This document shows, in pieces, positions 9,330-18,736 of a stretch of DNA of 64,000 nt. The position numbers and the translations under genes are program-made. The first letter of the stretch is position 1; each line of letters opens with the position of its first letter. The notes under the pieces were generated by a model, which saw only the letters and a list, made by a program, of their open reading frames with translations, was not told where the DNA came from and searched no databases. The DNA comes from a virus, in the IMG/VR virus record IMGVR_UViG_3300034418_007766, positions 1 to 64,000 of that record; one strand, given 5' to 3'.

Positions 9330-9358
9330 ACTATACTTTCATTTTGCAATTTTGTCAA
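9330..9358 (-). promoter_or_regulatory. sigma70-like promoter
   Basis: Minus strand TTGACA-N17-TATAGT. Confidence 0.55.
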
Positions 9359-9872
9359 GAGAAATAATTTCATCTGTAGTGTATTTAGACCAATGAGTAA
9401 ATCTTTCTTCCTTTTTTAAATCATGAATCTTATGAACCCAAACTCCTGGATTAGTTGCATCAAAATCTTTGTCATCGATTTTCAAACAAGCATTGTATCC
9501 TAACTGTTCAATATAAGGAATCTTAGCACTCAACATAGGAATAAATCTATTGTGTTCTGTATAACCAGATTCTAAGATCCACTCTGTATGCTCAATATCA
9601 AAATCTAAAGTTACCCAATATCCTTCCTTCAATAATGGAAAGACCATGCTATCATATGCTTCGTCAGGCTGATAGCTCATATTAGCACCAAGATAAATGT
9701 GTTTACAACCTTGTAAGGTTGCAATTTGAATAATTTCTTCAACTTCTTGCACACCTACAACAAATAATGTTTTTTTACCTTGTTGTGGAGTGCATTCTAC
9801 CTCTGTGCCAACAAAATATGCAACCTGTTCATTGTCGATGTCTATTACTTCTTGATCATAAGGTCGTTTCAT
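9339..9872 (-). CDS. conserved hypothetical protein in deazaguanine locus
   Basis: 177 aa ORF with an alpha/beta pattern (TLFVVG, HIYLGAN, TNPGVW). Confidence 0.7.
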   Translation of the reverse strand: MKRPYDQEVIDIDNEQVAYFVGTEVECTPQQGKKTLFVVGVQEVEEIIQIATLQGCKHIYLGANMSYQPDEAYDSMVFPLLKEGYWVTLDFDIEHTEWILESGYTEHNRFIPMLSAKIPYIEQLGYNACLKIDDKDFDATNPGVWVHKIHDLKKEERFTHWSKYTTDEIISLDKIAK

Positions 9873-10042
9873 GCTTTTTTTGTCCTATACTGTTCATTCC
9901 ATAAATCCCAACGTTTTTTATAGTATTCATTTATTTCTGTTTTGGGATAATTTTTTTCTTCCATAGTTGAAATAATATTTTCAATATCTTCAAGTGCCAT
10001 TTCGATAGCCTCTAAACGTAATCTTTTTTCTTCAGAATCCAT
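9869..10042 (-). CDS. 57 aa hypothetical protein
   Basis: Manual translation MDSEEKRLRLEAIEMALEDIEN...QYRTKKA; fills the gap with an ATGA overlap. Confidence 0.55.
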   Translation of the reverse strand: MDSEEKRLRLEAIEMALEDIENIISTMEEKNYPKTEINEYYKKRWDLWNEQYRTKKA

Positions 10043-10241
10043 TTAAGCCGTTCTCCAATTGATATAATTGTTTTTCCAATCTATATATTTCATCTTTATA
10101 CCAAAGTTTTGCAGTTTTCAGTTTTCTTATTTGATCCATTACATTAAAATGTTTTTCCAATTCACTTATTTCGTCATCTAAATTCCTATGTTTTCTTTTA
10201 AGTTCTTGGATATGTGATTTAAGTGTTTGTGGATTTACCAT
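10032..10241 (-). CDS. DUF465/YdcH-like coiled-coil protein
   Basis: L...H..LD..I...I..LK..KL..KDEI pattern. Confidence 0.7.
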   Translation of the reverse strand: MVNPQTLKSHIQELKRKHRNLDDEISELEKHFNVMDQIRKLKTAKLWYKDEIYRLEKQLYQLENGLNGF

Positions 10242-11711
10242 TTATAACTCCTCAAATAATTTTCCAAACATTGTGCTTGCATTTACAGTTTTTTTACCAA
10301 TGTTTAGCCGAGTTCCAATTACATGCATCCAGTATTTACTATACTTGTCTATTAATTGTAAACTTTTTTCTCTATTTTGTAAAGAAAAAATTTCGTCAAC
10401 TACTTCTCTAAATTTGACTATGCCCCAACCAGGAAAGTCTTTGTCATTGATAAGCATGTATGGAAACAGTCCAGCATCGTATTGTTCGTTAGCACGTTGA
10501 GTGCTTTCAATATGCATCCAAACATTGTGACCCATTTGCAATGCATAGCTAAATGAGTCCCAACTGGTTTTACCTTCTTTGCCAATCTTGTTGAGATCAC
10601 CTGGTTTATAGATACAAATGTCTTTCATACTGCAATGTTTGCTGATAGGCGAATCTTCAAAGTTTTCAAACACACCATCAGCCATTACTCCATCACTAAA
10701 CAACCGTGTATCAGTTGAATATTTTTTGTCATCAGCACTTGGACCCATCATATAACTCCATTTGCCTCTGTCGTCTAACCTAATAGTATGATAAACTTGT
10801 CCATTTGCTGTTGCAAGGAACGGTGATGCACAGTCATATGTTATCATAAAGTTTTTATTGTGATACTTACGGACTGCACGTTGTATGTCTGTAAGTAATA
10901 CAGCCCATTCTAGTTTACTTGTGCCCAAGAAATGCATAACATCGTGTAACCCTTCTTCAAGCAACCCGTCATGTATTTGATGCACAAGGCGCCTTAAGAT
11001 AAGATGCACATCACACATGTTCTGTCCACCCATTGCCCAACCATTAAAGTGTGTGTCTGGATATTTTTTTGGATCACAATAATCCTTAAATTCGTCATAC
11101 CAACTGTCTGCGTCAGCATGATTGCTACCTTGTAGAACATTTAGCACTTTAAAGTTGCCGCGGCGATTAGTCATATAGTATTTTGCATTGATGTGTGTTG
11201 CATCTACTGCATCTTGATAACTGTGAATGTTTGCTGCTTTTGCTGCTTTAGGATCTTGGAATGTCCAAGTTGGAATATCCAACATCATTCCATAGTCCAT
11301 GTATTCTTCCATCCAGTTTACAACTAGTTCACGCTTTTTAGCAGCCTTTGGACAGTTTGGATCAGTCCAGTCGCCTTCCCACAAGCCTTTTGCAATCTGG
11401 AAACCACCTGAGTCACCAAGTAGCCATGAATTATCTCTGTCGCGGTTACGCAACATGTCTTCTTTTTCACTGAACTTGTTTGTATCAAGTTCTGCGTGTC
11501 CTGCAGAATAGAGTGCCCACTTGTAGTGGAACGCTCCTTTATCTAGATTTAAAAAATTTAAACCTTCTACTCCACCGATACCTGTAGGAACTCTAGCAGG
11601 ATCAACGTATTCTCCAAAACGTTGTTTTCCTACAAATGTAGCATAAAAACCACTTATACTTGGAAGGAACACAGCATAGTCATTCTGTGTTTCGGTAAGG
11701 TTAATCTTCAT
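10242..11711 (-). CDS. dpdA: DpdA/TGT-family 7-deazaguanine transglycosylase
   Basis: DSGGFQ, MMLD, NVLQG, GWAMGG, HFLG, YDCASP and GHN: ordered TGT TIM-barrel motifs; located in a folE/queE locus. Confidence 0.8.
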   Translation of the reverse strand: MKINLTETQNDYAVFLPSISGFYATFVGKQRFGEYVDPARVPTGIGGVEGLNFLNLDKGAFHYKWALYSAGHAELDTNKFSEKEDMLRNRDRDNSWLLGDSGGFQIAKGLWEGDWTDPNCPKAAKKRELVVNWMEEYMDYGMMLDIPTWTFQDPKAAKAANIHSYQDAVDATHINAKYYMTNRRGNFKVLNVLQGSNHADADSWYDEFKDYCDPKKYPDTHFNGWAMGGQNMCDVHLILRRLVHQIHDGLLEEGLHDVMHFLGTSKLEWAVLLTDIQRAVRKYHNKNFMITYDCASPFLATANGQVYHTIRLDDRGKWSYMMGPSADDKKYSTDTRLFSDGVMADGVFENFEDSPISKHCSMKDICIYKPGDLNKIGKEGKTSWDSFSYALQMGHNVWMHIESTQRANEQYDAGLFPYMLINDKDFPGWGIVKFREVVDEIFSLQNREKSLQLIDKYSKYWMHVIGTRLNIGKKTVNASTMFGKLFEEL

Positions 11712-12439
11712 TATTTCTGTTGTGCTGGTAGAATGTAATCGTATTTTGCCATGCCGCTGTCTACTGAAATCTTCATAGCGCCTTGGTCTGTGATGCTCAT
11801 AGTTTTATCACCATCCAAGTTCAAGATAGCAATGGTTTGTGCAACTGGCCATGCCCATGTATGTGTTAATGTGCCTTCGACTCCGTGTGCAAATGTAAAT
11901 GAACCTGCGTGTGTTGCTTCGTCACCAAAGTAAAAGTTTAGATTACCATCTTCTGTTTTAACTTGGAATACAGTTTCCTCACTGTGCGCTCCTGCCATAA
12001 GTTTCATACGTGCAATTGCAGCCATGCTTGGTTGAATTTCCACATCCCAGCTGTTGCCTTTGAACTTTACACTTTTTAGTTTTTCTTCGATAATAGCTTT
12101 GTTCATAAAGCGATAATCATTTTTAAAATCGCCTGCTGCATTTTCAAAATGAATGTGTGTCGGTATAGTTTCGCCATTACGTTCTGCCTCAACTACATCA
12201 ATGTTTGCATTTTCTTTGTATTCTGGATTGTTCAAATGATATGCAAGTTTGCCTAAGTCAGGCATGCCAAATGTGCTGTAGAATTCAGCTACTGGCGAAT
12301 GTGTTGTTGCTGTCATAATGACACTTCTGTCATCTGCCATGCTTTCGATGGTTGTGTATTCGTCAGCATTGACTTTGAGTGTTGTAATAAAGCCAAGTTT
12401 ATGTGTATGGCTCACAATGTCTTGTAAAATATCCTGCAT
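11711..12439 (-). CDS. putative DNA polymerase sliding clamp (gp45-like)
   Basis: 242 aa, two-domain beta-rich pattern ending Y.YILPA; polB and clamp loader are in the same genome. Confidence 0.6.
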   Translation of the reverse strand: MQDILQDIVSHTHKLGFITTLKVNADEYTTIESMADDRSVIMTATTHSPVAEFYSTFGMPDLGKLAYHLNNPEYKENANIDVVEAERNGETIPTHIHFENAAGDFKNDYRFMNKAIIEEKLKSVKFKGNSWDVEIQPSMAAIARMKLMAGAHSEETVFQVKTEDGNLNFYFGDEATHAGSFTFAHGVEGTLTHTWAWPVAQTIAILNLDGDKTMSITDQGAMKISVDSGMAKYDYILPAQQK

Positions 12440-12459
12440 GAGTTTACTCCTATTGTTTC

Positions 12460-12488
12460 ATTATACTTGATATGTAATTGAAAGTCAA
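12460..12488 (-). promoter_or_regulatory. sigma70-like promoter for clamp-dpdA operon
   Basis: Minus strand TTGACT-N17-TATAAT, followed by AGGAG RBS. Confidence 0.8.
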
Positions 12489-12628
12489 GTATTTTCTTCT
12501 TCCTCTTTGATCATAAAGTGAACTTTTATAATAGACCCTTTTTGCTTTTTAATATAAAACTCTAAACCGTGTTGGTTGAATATTTTTATAAGTTCGTTCA
12601 AGGTCGGGTCTGGTTTTATTTCTATCAC
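12485..12628 (-). CDS. 47 aa hypothetical protein
   Basis: GTG start overlapping the UGD stop; MIEIKPDPTLNELIKIFNQHGLEFYIKKQKGSIIKVHFMIKEEEENT. Confidence 0.45.
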   Translation of the reverse strand: MIEIKPDPTLNELIKIFNQHGLEFYIKKQKGSIIKVHFMIKEEEENT

Positions 12629-13371
12629 TTTCTGATCCTTTTATTATAGTTGTTAGCAGCTTCAAGTATATTTAGATTTTTATCAAAATTAGCTGCCGTT
12701 TTTAATATAGCACTTACGTCTTTTGGAAAACAATGTCCTCCAAATCCACGCTCACTGGTTACTGTTGTATGACTTGATCCAATACGAGGATCTAAGCCAA
12801 TGTATTCTGCTACTTTTTTGTAGTCAGTATTTGTGTTTTCACACAAGTCATAAATTTCATTAAAAAAAGCAACTTTGGTTGCTAGAAAACTGTTGCGGAA
12901 ATATTTTACAAGAATAAGTTCTTCCGGTGTCGCAGTAAAGATATTGATATTGCCCATTGCGTTTAGAAACAAATCTTGCCAAAAGCCAACATCATCGCCC
13001 CCAATAAGAATAGTGCTATTATTTTTAAAATCTTCTAGTGCTGACTCTGCTCTTAGAAATTCTGGTGAAAAACAAATTTTATCATGAGTAAAATTAGTCC
13101 GTAAATTTTGCCAGCCTTCTATGCTGATTGTGCTTTTTATCAAAATAGGAACATTTTTAGCATCATCGATCACTGCTTCTACGTTAGACATATCACAACT
13201 ACCATCTTCATTCATTGGTGTAGAAACACATACAATAATAGCATCACAATGTCGTAAATCGTCATAGTGTCCTTTGTCAGGATCACTGATTAGTATTTCA
13301 TAATATTCTTTAAGTGCTTGATGGTGGGCTTGTCCTACATACCCATATCCAGCAATACCTATTTTAAGCAT
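12625..13371 (-). CDS. UDP-glucose/GDP-mannose dehydrogenase family protein (short form)
   Basis: GYGYVG, CVSTP, IKST, SPEFLR, KYFRNSFLA and GFGGHCFPKD motifs; lacks the usual C-terminal domain. Confidence 0.88.
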   Translation of the reverse strand: MLKIGIAGYGYVGQAHHQALKEYYEILISDPDKGHYDDLRHCDAIIVCVSTPMNEDGSCDMSNVEAVIDDAKNVPILIKSTISIEGWQNLRTNFTHDKICFSPEFLRAESALEDFKNNSTILIGGDDVGFWQDLFLNAMGNINIFTATPEELILVKYFRNSFLATKVAFFNEIYDLCENTNTDYKKVAEYIGLDPRIGSSHTTVTSERGFGGHCFPKDVSAILKTAANFDKNLNILEAANNYNKRIRK

Positions 13372-14059
13372 ATTCTTTTAACTTTTCCCAAGTGTCTTTC
13401 CATCCATTCACAGCAATTGCTTTGCTAGGATGTTTTAACTTCTTTGCTAGTGGATAATCGTTGCCATCTTGTTCCATTTTGTCACCAAAGAAAATAATGC
13501 GATCAAAGTCATTGAAGTCGTCGAGTATTTGTCCTTTGTCCCAACCTGTAGGATAGATATCAATACCTGTTTCTCCTCCTACTTTGGCTGTGATTTCTGG
13601 AAACTCTAAGTTTATCTGGAATGCAATACTTTCACGTTCTTTATTTTCAATGTCGTGTTTAATATATAACTTACGTTCGCCTAGTGTGGCGTTTCTACCA
13701 ACTATACTAAAGTTGACACAGCCTGGACGTTCTTCAATGTGATTACCTGTGCGTAAAGGAAAACTGCTTGCTTGTAGCCAACCATGCATTAGATCCATAA
13801 GTTCTTTTGGTGCTGTCCAATCTTTGCTTCTAACATTTACACCAGCACTGTATACATCATTGCCGCTACAATTGTATACAACTTTGGCTAGGTTGTATGT
13901 TTCACCAATCTGTTCAATAGTTTTTTCTTTATCACTACCTGTTACAAGATAAACATCATTGACCAAGCAAAATGTATTAAAGAATGCCTTAAACTCATAG
14001 TCCATTTTACCACGACTTGGTGTAAGTGTTCCGTCTACATCAAAAACAAACTTATTCAT
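13364..14059 (-). CDS. HAD-superfamily phosphomannomutase (eukaryotic PMM-like)
   Basis: FDVDGTLTPSR, NFSIVGR, GGETGIDI and FFGDKM..GNDY. Confidence 0.85.
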   Translation of the reverse strand: MNKFVFDVDGTLTPSRGKMDYEFKAFFNTFCLVNDVYLVTGSDKEKTIEQIGETYNLAKVVYNCSGNDVYSAGVNVRSKDWTAPKELMDLMHGWLQASSFPLRTGNHIEERPGCVNFSIVGRNATLGERKLYIKHDIENKERESIAFQINLEFPEITAKVGGETGIDIYPTGWDKGQILDDFNDFDRIIFFGDKMEQDGNDYPLAKKLKHPSKAIAVNGWKDTWEKLKEYA

Positions 14060-14210
14060 ATACACAGACCGCCTTTTCGCCTTCTGTGAATGTTGTTTCT
14101 AATACTACTCTGTTTATTTCACATTGTTGATTAGTGTTATAGGTGTTAAACTTTGTAGCTTTATATTCATCATAATCTGCGATGTAGCTAACAACTAATA
14201 AAATCCACAT
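14052..14210 (-). CDS. small hypothetical protein
   Basis: MWILLVVS... start at 14210, TAATG-coupled. Confidence 0.5.
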   Translation of the reverse strand: MWILLVVSYIADYDEYKATKFNTYNTNQQCEINRVVLETTFTEGEKAVCVYE

Positions 14211-14401
14211 TACGGATTCTCCTTGATCCAAACACATTCACTAATATCTTCCGGTGTATCATACATGCGCTTACACACTTCATAAGGATGACTATAACTG
14301 CCTAGTGCTAGTCCTAGCACAAATACAAGTGCAATAGGAATACCATATTTGCTGGTTGTAGTAAACCCAGTTCTAAAACCTTCCCAAAATGCTTTACTCA
14401 T
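14210..14401 (-). CDS. small membrane protein
   Basis: One hydrophobic segment, GIPIALVFVLGLALG. Confidence 0.55.
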   Translation of the reverse strand: MSKAFWEGFRTGFTTTSKYGIPIALVFVLGLALGSYSHPYEVCKRMYDTPEDISECVWIKENP

Positions 14402-14583
14402 CCTTGCTGTGCCTTGTGCTGTGCAACACCTGCTGCCTTTGCTAGTTCTGAAAAGCGATCAGCAACCTGTCGCATTTCAGCTTCCATAAGTTTGTCTCGT
14501 TCTCCAAAACTTCTTGCCATGTTATGCAGCAAGATAACCATATCACCATCTGTTAATGGTTTACGTCCTTCAGGTAGTGGCAT
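14398..14583 (-). CDS. hypothetical protein
   Basis: 61 aa ORF in operon, GGAG RBS. Confidence 0.6.
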   Translation of the reverse strand: MPLPEGRKPLTDGDMVILLHNMARSFGERDKLMEAEMRQVADRFSELAKAAGVAQHKAQQG

Positions 14584-14995
14584 TTTTCTCCCTTTCTGCT
14601 ACTCGCTTTCTTAAGTCGCTTGATGAGAAGCGGTGATCTCTTTTGTTGAAATGTAGCTGGATACCCCGCTTCTTGCAAATATCCTTGCCAGTAAAATCCT
14701 TTTCACGATACTCTTCTCCTAGTATTCTAACATCTATGTGATACATTGTCAAGATATCTTCTAGGTCTTGTTCAGTGCCATATGGGATTATCTCATCTAC
14801 ATAACTAACACCTTTTAGTTGTGTGTATCGTTCAACAATGGTTTGCACAGGTGCGTTTTTTTCTGGTCTATCTGCACTTGGATCCATTTGTAATCCACAG
14901 ATAAGATAATCACATTGTTCTTTTGCTTCGCGGAGCATTTGTATATGTCCTGCGTGTAATAAATCAAATGTTGAACAAGTAAATCCTACTTTCAT
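14570..14995 (-). CDS. glycerol-3-phosphate cytidylyltransferase (TagD-like)
   Basis: FDLLHAGH (HxGH) and HRFSSSDLR; start MKVGF at 14995. Confidence 0.88.
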   Translation of the reverse strand: MKVGFTCSTFDLLHAGHIQMLREAKEQCDYLICGLQMDPSADRPEKNAPVQTIVERYTQLKGVSYVDEIIPYGTEQDLEDILTMYHIDVRILGEEYREKDFTGKDICKKRGIQLHFNKRDHRFSSSDLRKRVAEREKNATT

Positions 14996-14999
14996 TTTT

Positions 15000-17663
15000 T
15001 CAATCCCATTCAAATAAACTGTTGAAAGTTGTTTTTTGTTTGGTGCTTTCGATATCATATTTCAGCACGCCAATCAAGTTATCAAGTTTATTGTCAATAA
15101 TAACTTCTTCCATAGCCGCATCATCAAATGGCAATTCTTTGAACCAATCTGGTAGACGTAGTTCGTCTGTTGGATATGCTACACTAGTGTAACCCAACGG
15201 ATTTTGCTTGAGTTTACAAACAATAACCTTCATACCATCCACAATCTCTTGCGAGTAATTGTCACCATTCATTCGCTTTAGTGTATTCCAGTTAAGACTT
15301 GCTCGAACGTGTCCTGGCATGTTAGCTTTGCCTTGCTTTTCTTCTAAGCGTCTGTAGTGTCCAACTTTGTTTGCACGTTTAGGCGAACCTTTTTCAAAGC
15401 CCGGACGATTTTTAAATTCTTTTCTAAACTCGCTGATTGCATCAAGTATTTCTTTTTCTTCTTTCTTCTGTAGCACCATGTCAAGTAAGTCTTTCAAAAA
15501 GTCTTGCATGAACACTGGAGTATCACTACGTTTCAAGTCCAAGCCCATGGCTTTAACTTTGCCTAGCTTGCCATCTACATCGGCTCTAAATCCTTCAATG
15601 TCATACACTAATGCAGCATAGCGTTTTTTAGTAATAAACAAGCCTGTTTCAGCAACGACTTCTCTTGCTGCTGCAATTACGTCCGAACGGGACTTTGGAC
15701 AATGAAATGCTTTCATCATAAAGTCTGGAAATGTAGTGTTTGCCTGTTGACATATTTGATCATACAGTGTAATTACGTTATCTTTATCCCAAGGAATAAT
15801 GCCTTTGTTAATATCCTCCTTTAAGATAGGATATGCACTGAAATAGCAAGAATCAGTATCACCATATATAATTGCTTTACCAACATGATCATATTGGCCA
15901 GTAATAACTTTGTTAACTTCTGCTGCCATGTGTTTTACAATAGTTCTGCCAGACAGTGTAGTTGATTGACCAATGCGTTTATCAAAGAATCTACAGCCTG
16001 GATTCAAAATAGCACCATACAAACTGTTCAAGTTAATCTTTTTAACCAACTGACGTTTGTCCCAATACTCAATTTCAGCATCGTTTTTTGCATCTTTTGC
16101 TTTTTTAAGCATTGCTTGTAGTTCTTTACGTTCGCTATACCAACGCTTTAGCAATCCAGGAATAACACCTTCTACTTCTGTAGTAAAAATAGTGCCATTT
16201 GAACTTAGCATCCATGGTTGATTGCTGTCAAAAATAAGTTTGTAGATTTCAGCACCACTTAATACATGTGTTGTGCCATCTTCCAAATCCAGTGTTAGCG
16301 CAACATCTTTACGTTGCTCCATGATTGCATCATATTCTTCTGTGGCAAAACGACCTTCCCAACTGCCTGCAAATTTTTTCTTTTTAAGTGTGGTATCTTC
16401 CAACACTCTTGCATCAGTTAGTTCTAATCTAATCTGTCCAACAATGGTTTCTGGGCCCATATTCATTGCACGAATAATACTTGGATACAGACTGTTCAAG
16501 TCCATTGATCCAATCCACTCATGCACGCCTTTTTTTGGAAACGCAACATACGCACCAGCCGCTGCTGTATTGCCTTCGTGTTCACGTCTATTAGGAACCT
16601 GCATACCACGTCTATGTGCTTCGTTAACAATAGCCTGTTCGGTCACTGCAACTGCACCCATAGTTGTTTGAAGCAGCACAGTGTTGTCATGCGCAATTTG
16701 GTTTGCTAGATCAATAAATCTCAGTTTCTTATCCAGTTTGTCTAACAGTGCAACGTCTTGTCTGTTGTATTCGATAAACTTTTTAAAGTCATTGTTATAA
16801 AGTTGGTCAAGTGTGCCTTCATACACAGTCTTGTTTTCACCAACTTCCATTTCACCAATAGCGTCTAGTCTGTATGTATGACGTTCTTCATATGTATACT
16901 TGCGATATAATTCAAGATAGTCCATATGGACTCTTCCGATAGTGTCAAACGTTTCAGCAGTTTTTCCATATTTTTCAAATTCTCTGCGTTTAGGCAACTG
17001 TTGCCACAAACAAAAACGTCTTGTATCGTCTTTGCTTAATACACGACTTACACGATTAACAGTGTATGGAATATCATATCCTTCGCTGTTCCAACCACTG
17101 ATAATGTCAGCATCTTCGATACTGTCAAGGAACGCTTCAAGCATGTCGCCTTCTTTATCAAACAAGAAAGTGTTTTCAAAATCTGCACATTCTTCTTTTG
17201 CTTGTTGCATTGTAAGTGTTTTGGGCGGCAATGCAAATGTCACAAGTGCATCCAACCACTGTAAATGCACAGTAATAGCAGTAATGGGCATAAATGGATC
17301 ACTTGGATCAGCAAAGCCGCGCTCTGGATCAAAGTCAGTCTCAATATCGAAAAATGCAATATTCAGTTTGGGTGCATCTTGATTGAGATAGTTTTCACTT
17401 AAACATTGAAAGATTGGATTCACATCTGACTCAAACATTTTCTTGCCTTTATTGATAGCAAGTTCTTTGCGGAAGTCTTTTGTGTTCTTGCACACTACTC
17501 TGGTTAGTGGATCGCCATAGATACTTTTGTATTTGCCACGCTGATCTTCGTAATAGAATGTATATTTTGCTTGATATTCTTGAAAGCGTCTTACACCATC
17601 TTTGCGCTCAACAGCACGAATAATGTCAGCATCGCGGTCAAAAAATGCATCTACATATGGCAT
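15000..17663 (-). CDS. family B DNA polymerase
   Basis: Exonuclease DIET, GWNSEGYD, YNRQD; polymerase DLNSLYPS, KINLNSLYG, YGDTDS, KKRYA. Confidence 0.97.
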   Translation of the reverse strand: MPYVDAFFDRDADIIRAVERKDGVRRFQEYQAKYTFYYEDQRGKYKSIYGDPLTRVVCKNTKDFRKELAINKGKKMFESDVNPIFQCLSENYLNQDAPKLNIAFFDIETDFDPERGFADPSDPFMPITAITVHLQWLDALVTFALPPKTLTMQQAKEECADFENTFLFDKEGDMLEAFLDSIEDADIISGWNSEGYDIPYTVNRVSRVLSKDDTRRFCLWQQLPKRREFEKYGKTAETFDTIGRVHMDYLELYRKYTYEERHTYRLDAIGEMEVGENKTVYEGTLDQLYNNDFKKFIEYNRQDVALLDKLDKKLRFIDLANQIAHDNTVLLQTTMGAVAVTEQAIVNEAHRRGMQVPNRREHEGNTAAAGAYVAFPKKGVHEWIGSMDLNSLYPSIIRAMNMGPETIVGQIRLELTDARVLEDTTLKKKKFAGSWEGRFATEEYDAIMEQRKDVALTLDLEDGTTHVLSGAEIYKLIFDSNQPWMLSSNGTIFTTEVEGVIPGLLKRWYSERKELQAMLKKAKDAKNDAEIEYWDKRQLVKKINLNSLYGAILNPGCRFFDKRIGQSTTLSGRTIVKHMAAEVNKVITGQYDHVGKAIIYGDTDSCYFSAYPILKEDINKGIIPWDKDNVITLYDQICQQANTTFPDFMMKAFHCPKSRSDVIAAAREVVAETGLFITKKRYAALVYDIEGFRADVDGKLGKVKAMGLDLKRSDTPVFMQDFLKDLLDMVLQKKEEKEILDAISEFRKEFKNRPGFEKGSPKRANKVGHYRRLEEKQGKANMPGHVRASLNWNTLKRMNGDNYSQEIVDGMKVIVCKLKQNPLGYTSVAYPTDELRLPDWFKELPFDDAAMEEVIIDNKLDNLIGVLKYDIESTKQKTTFNSLFEWD

Positions 17664-17698
17664 TCGAAACTCCTATTTTTACTAACATAACACATATT

Positions 17699-18736
17699 TT
17701 ACAACTTGTCTACATATGATTTTAATTTTAATATTTTTTCTTTATGTTTTATTGCGGAAGGATACCATACAGCTTCTTCGTCAAAGAATATGTCAGGCAA
17801 TCTAACATTTTTGACATTACGTAAAAATACTTTTTGGTTATGTAAGGCAATTTCTTGTGCTTGTTTATAAACATTTTTATCTAATTTTTTTATTTGCATT
17901 ATTAAATTATCTATACGTTCTTCTATTGTATCTAATTCATCAAAACTGTAATCAAAAATATTGTCATACAATTTATAACCGTCTTTTGTTAACAATTTGT
18001 TTGCATTTTTATAACCAATTATTACAAAAGGTTGTCTGTGTAATAGACAACTATAGGTTTTTTCTGTTAGTAGGGTGTTATTATTTATTTCTACATCAAA
18101 CCAACTTTCTGTGACAATATTAAAACAGCATTTTTGCCAAAGTTTCAATGGAGGGGGTGGATTGTCCTCATAGCTGTATACTAAGTCTGATCTATATTCT
18201 TCAGGTGGAAAAAACTTTTTTATTTTTTTACGCCATAGTTTATCAAACTGTGCTTTTTTGCTATCCTGTAAATATTTTTTGGTAAGTATATCCCATTCAG
18301 ACGTTTGTTCTTCTTTGTAACTTACTAATCCTTGTCTTAGTAATTTATTGTTGTAAAGTGATTCAGCTAGATAATCTCTGTGATAGCCTACACTACGCAT
18401 TTGACACAAAAACAAATGTTCTGGATCTTGCTGTCTATCGATAGTTGGTTGCATACACAACAACATATCGATATCAGGCCATGTTATATGATAGTCTTTA
18501 CTTCCAATATAGGGATCGGAATGATTGCAGTGCCAGAAAAACTTTTTTCCTTTGATTAAATTACAAAATCTTTTGTGTTCAACTTCAGACCAATACAGCT
18601 TGCCTGGCACTCCGGTTAAATCTAACCCTTCTTCAGTGTAAAATACAAAATGTATTTCTGTTGTTGCATCATGATCATGCCATTTTAGTTCAGGCTCAAC
18701 AATGCCATCTTCGTCAACAGAATATATTACTTTCAT
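17699..18736 (-). CDS. hypothetical protein, possibly glycosyltransferase-related; paralog of 37895..38974
   Basis: C-terminal FNIVTES...TEKT...QPF...GY..Y...FDYSFD motif shared with 37895..38974. Confidence 0.6.
   Translation of the reverse strand: MKVIYSVDEDGIVEPELKWHDHDATTEIHFVFYTEEGLDLTGVPGKLYWSEVEHKRFCNLIKGKKFFWHCNHSDPYIGSKDYHITWPDIDMLLCMQPTIDRQQDPEHLFLCQMRSVGYHRDYLAESLYNNKLLRQGLVSYKEEQTSEWDILTKKYLQDSKKAQFDKLWRKKIKKFFPPEEYRSDLVYSYEDNPPPPLKLWQKCCFNIVTESWFDVEINNNTLLTEKTYSCLLHRQPFVIIGYKNANKLLTKDGYKLYDNIFDYSFDELDTIEERIDNLIMQIKKLDKNVYKQAQEIALHNQKVFLRNVKNVRLPDIFFDEEAVWYPSAIKHKEKILKLKSYVDKL

Noticed and set aside
15000-17663. Intein or intron in the DNA polymerase
   Set aside because: 887 aa with normally spaced motifs and no intein splice-junction or homing endonuclease motifs.
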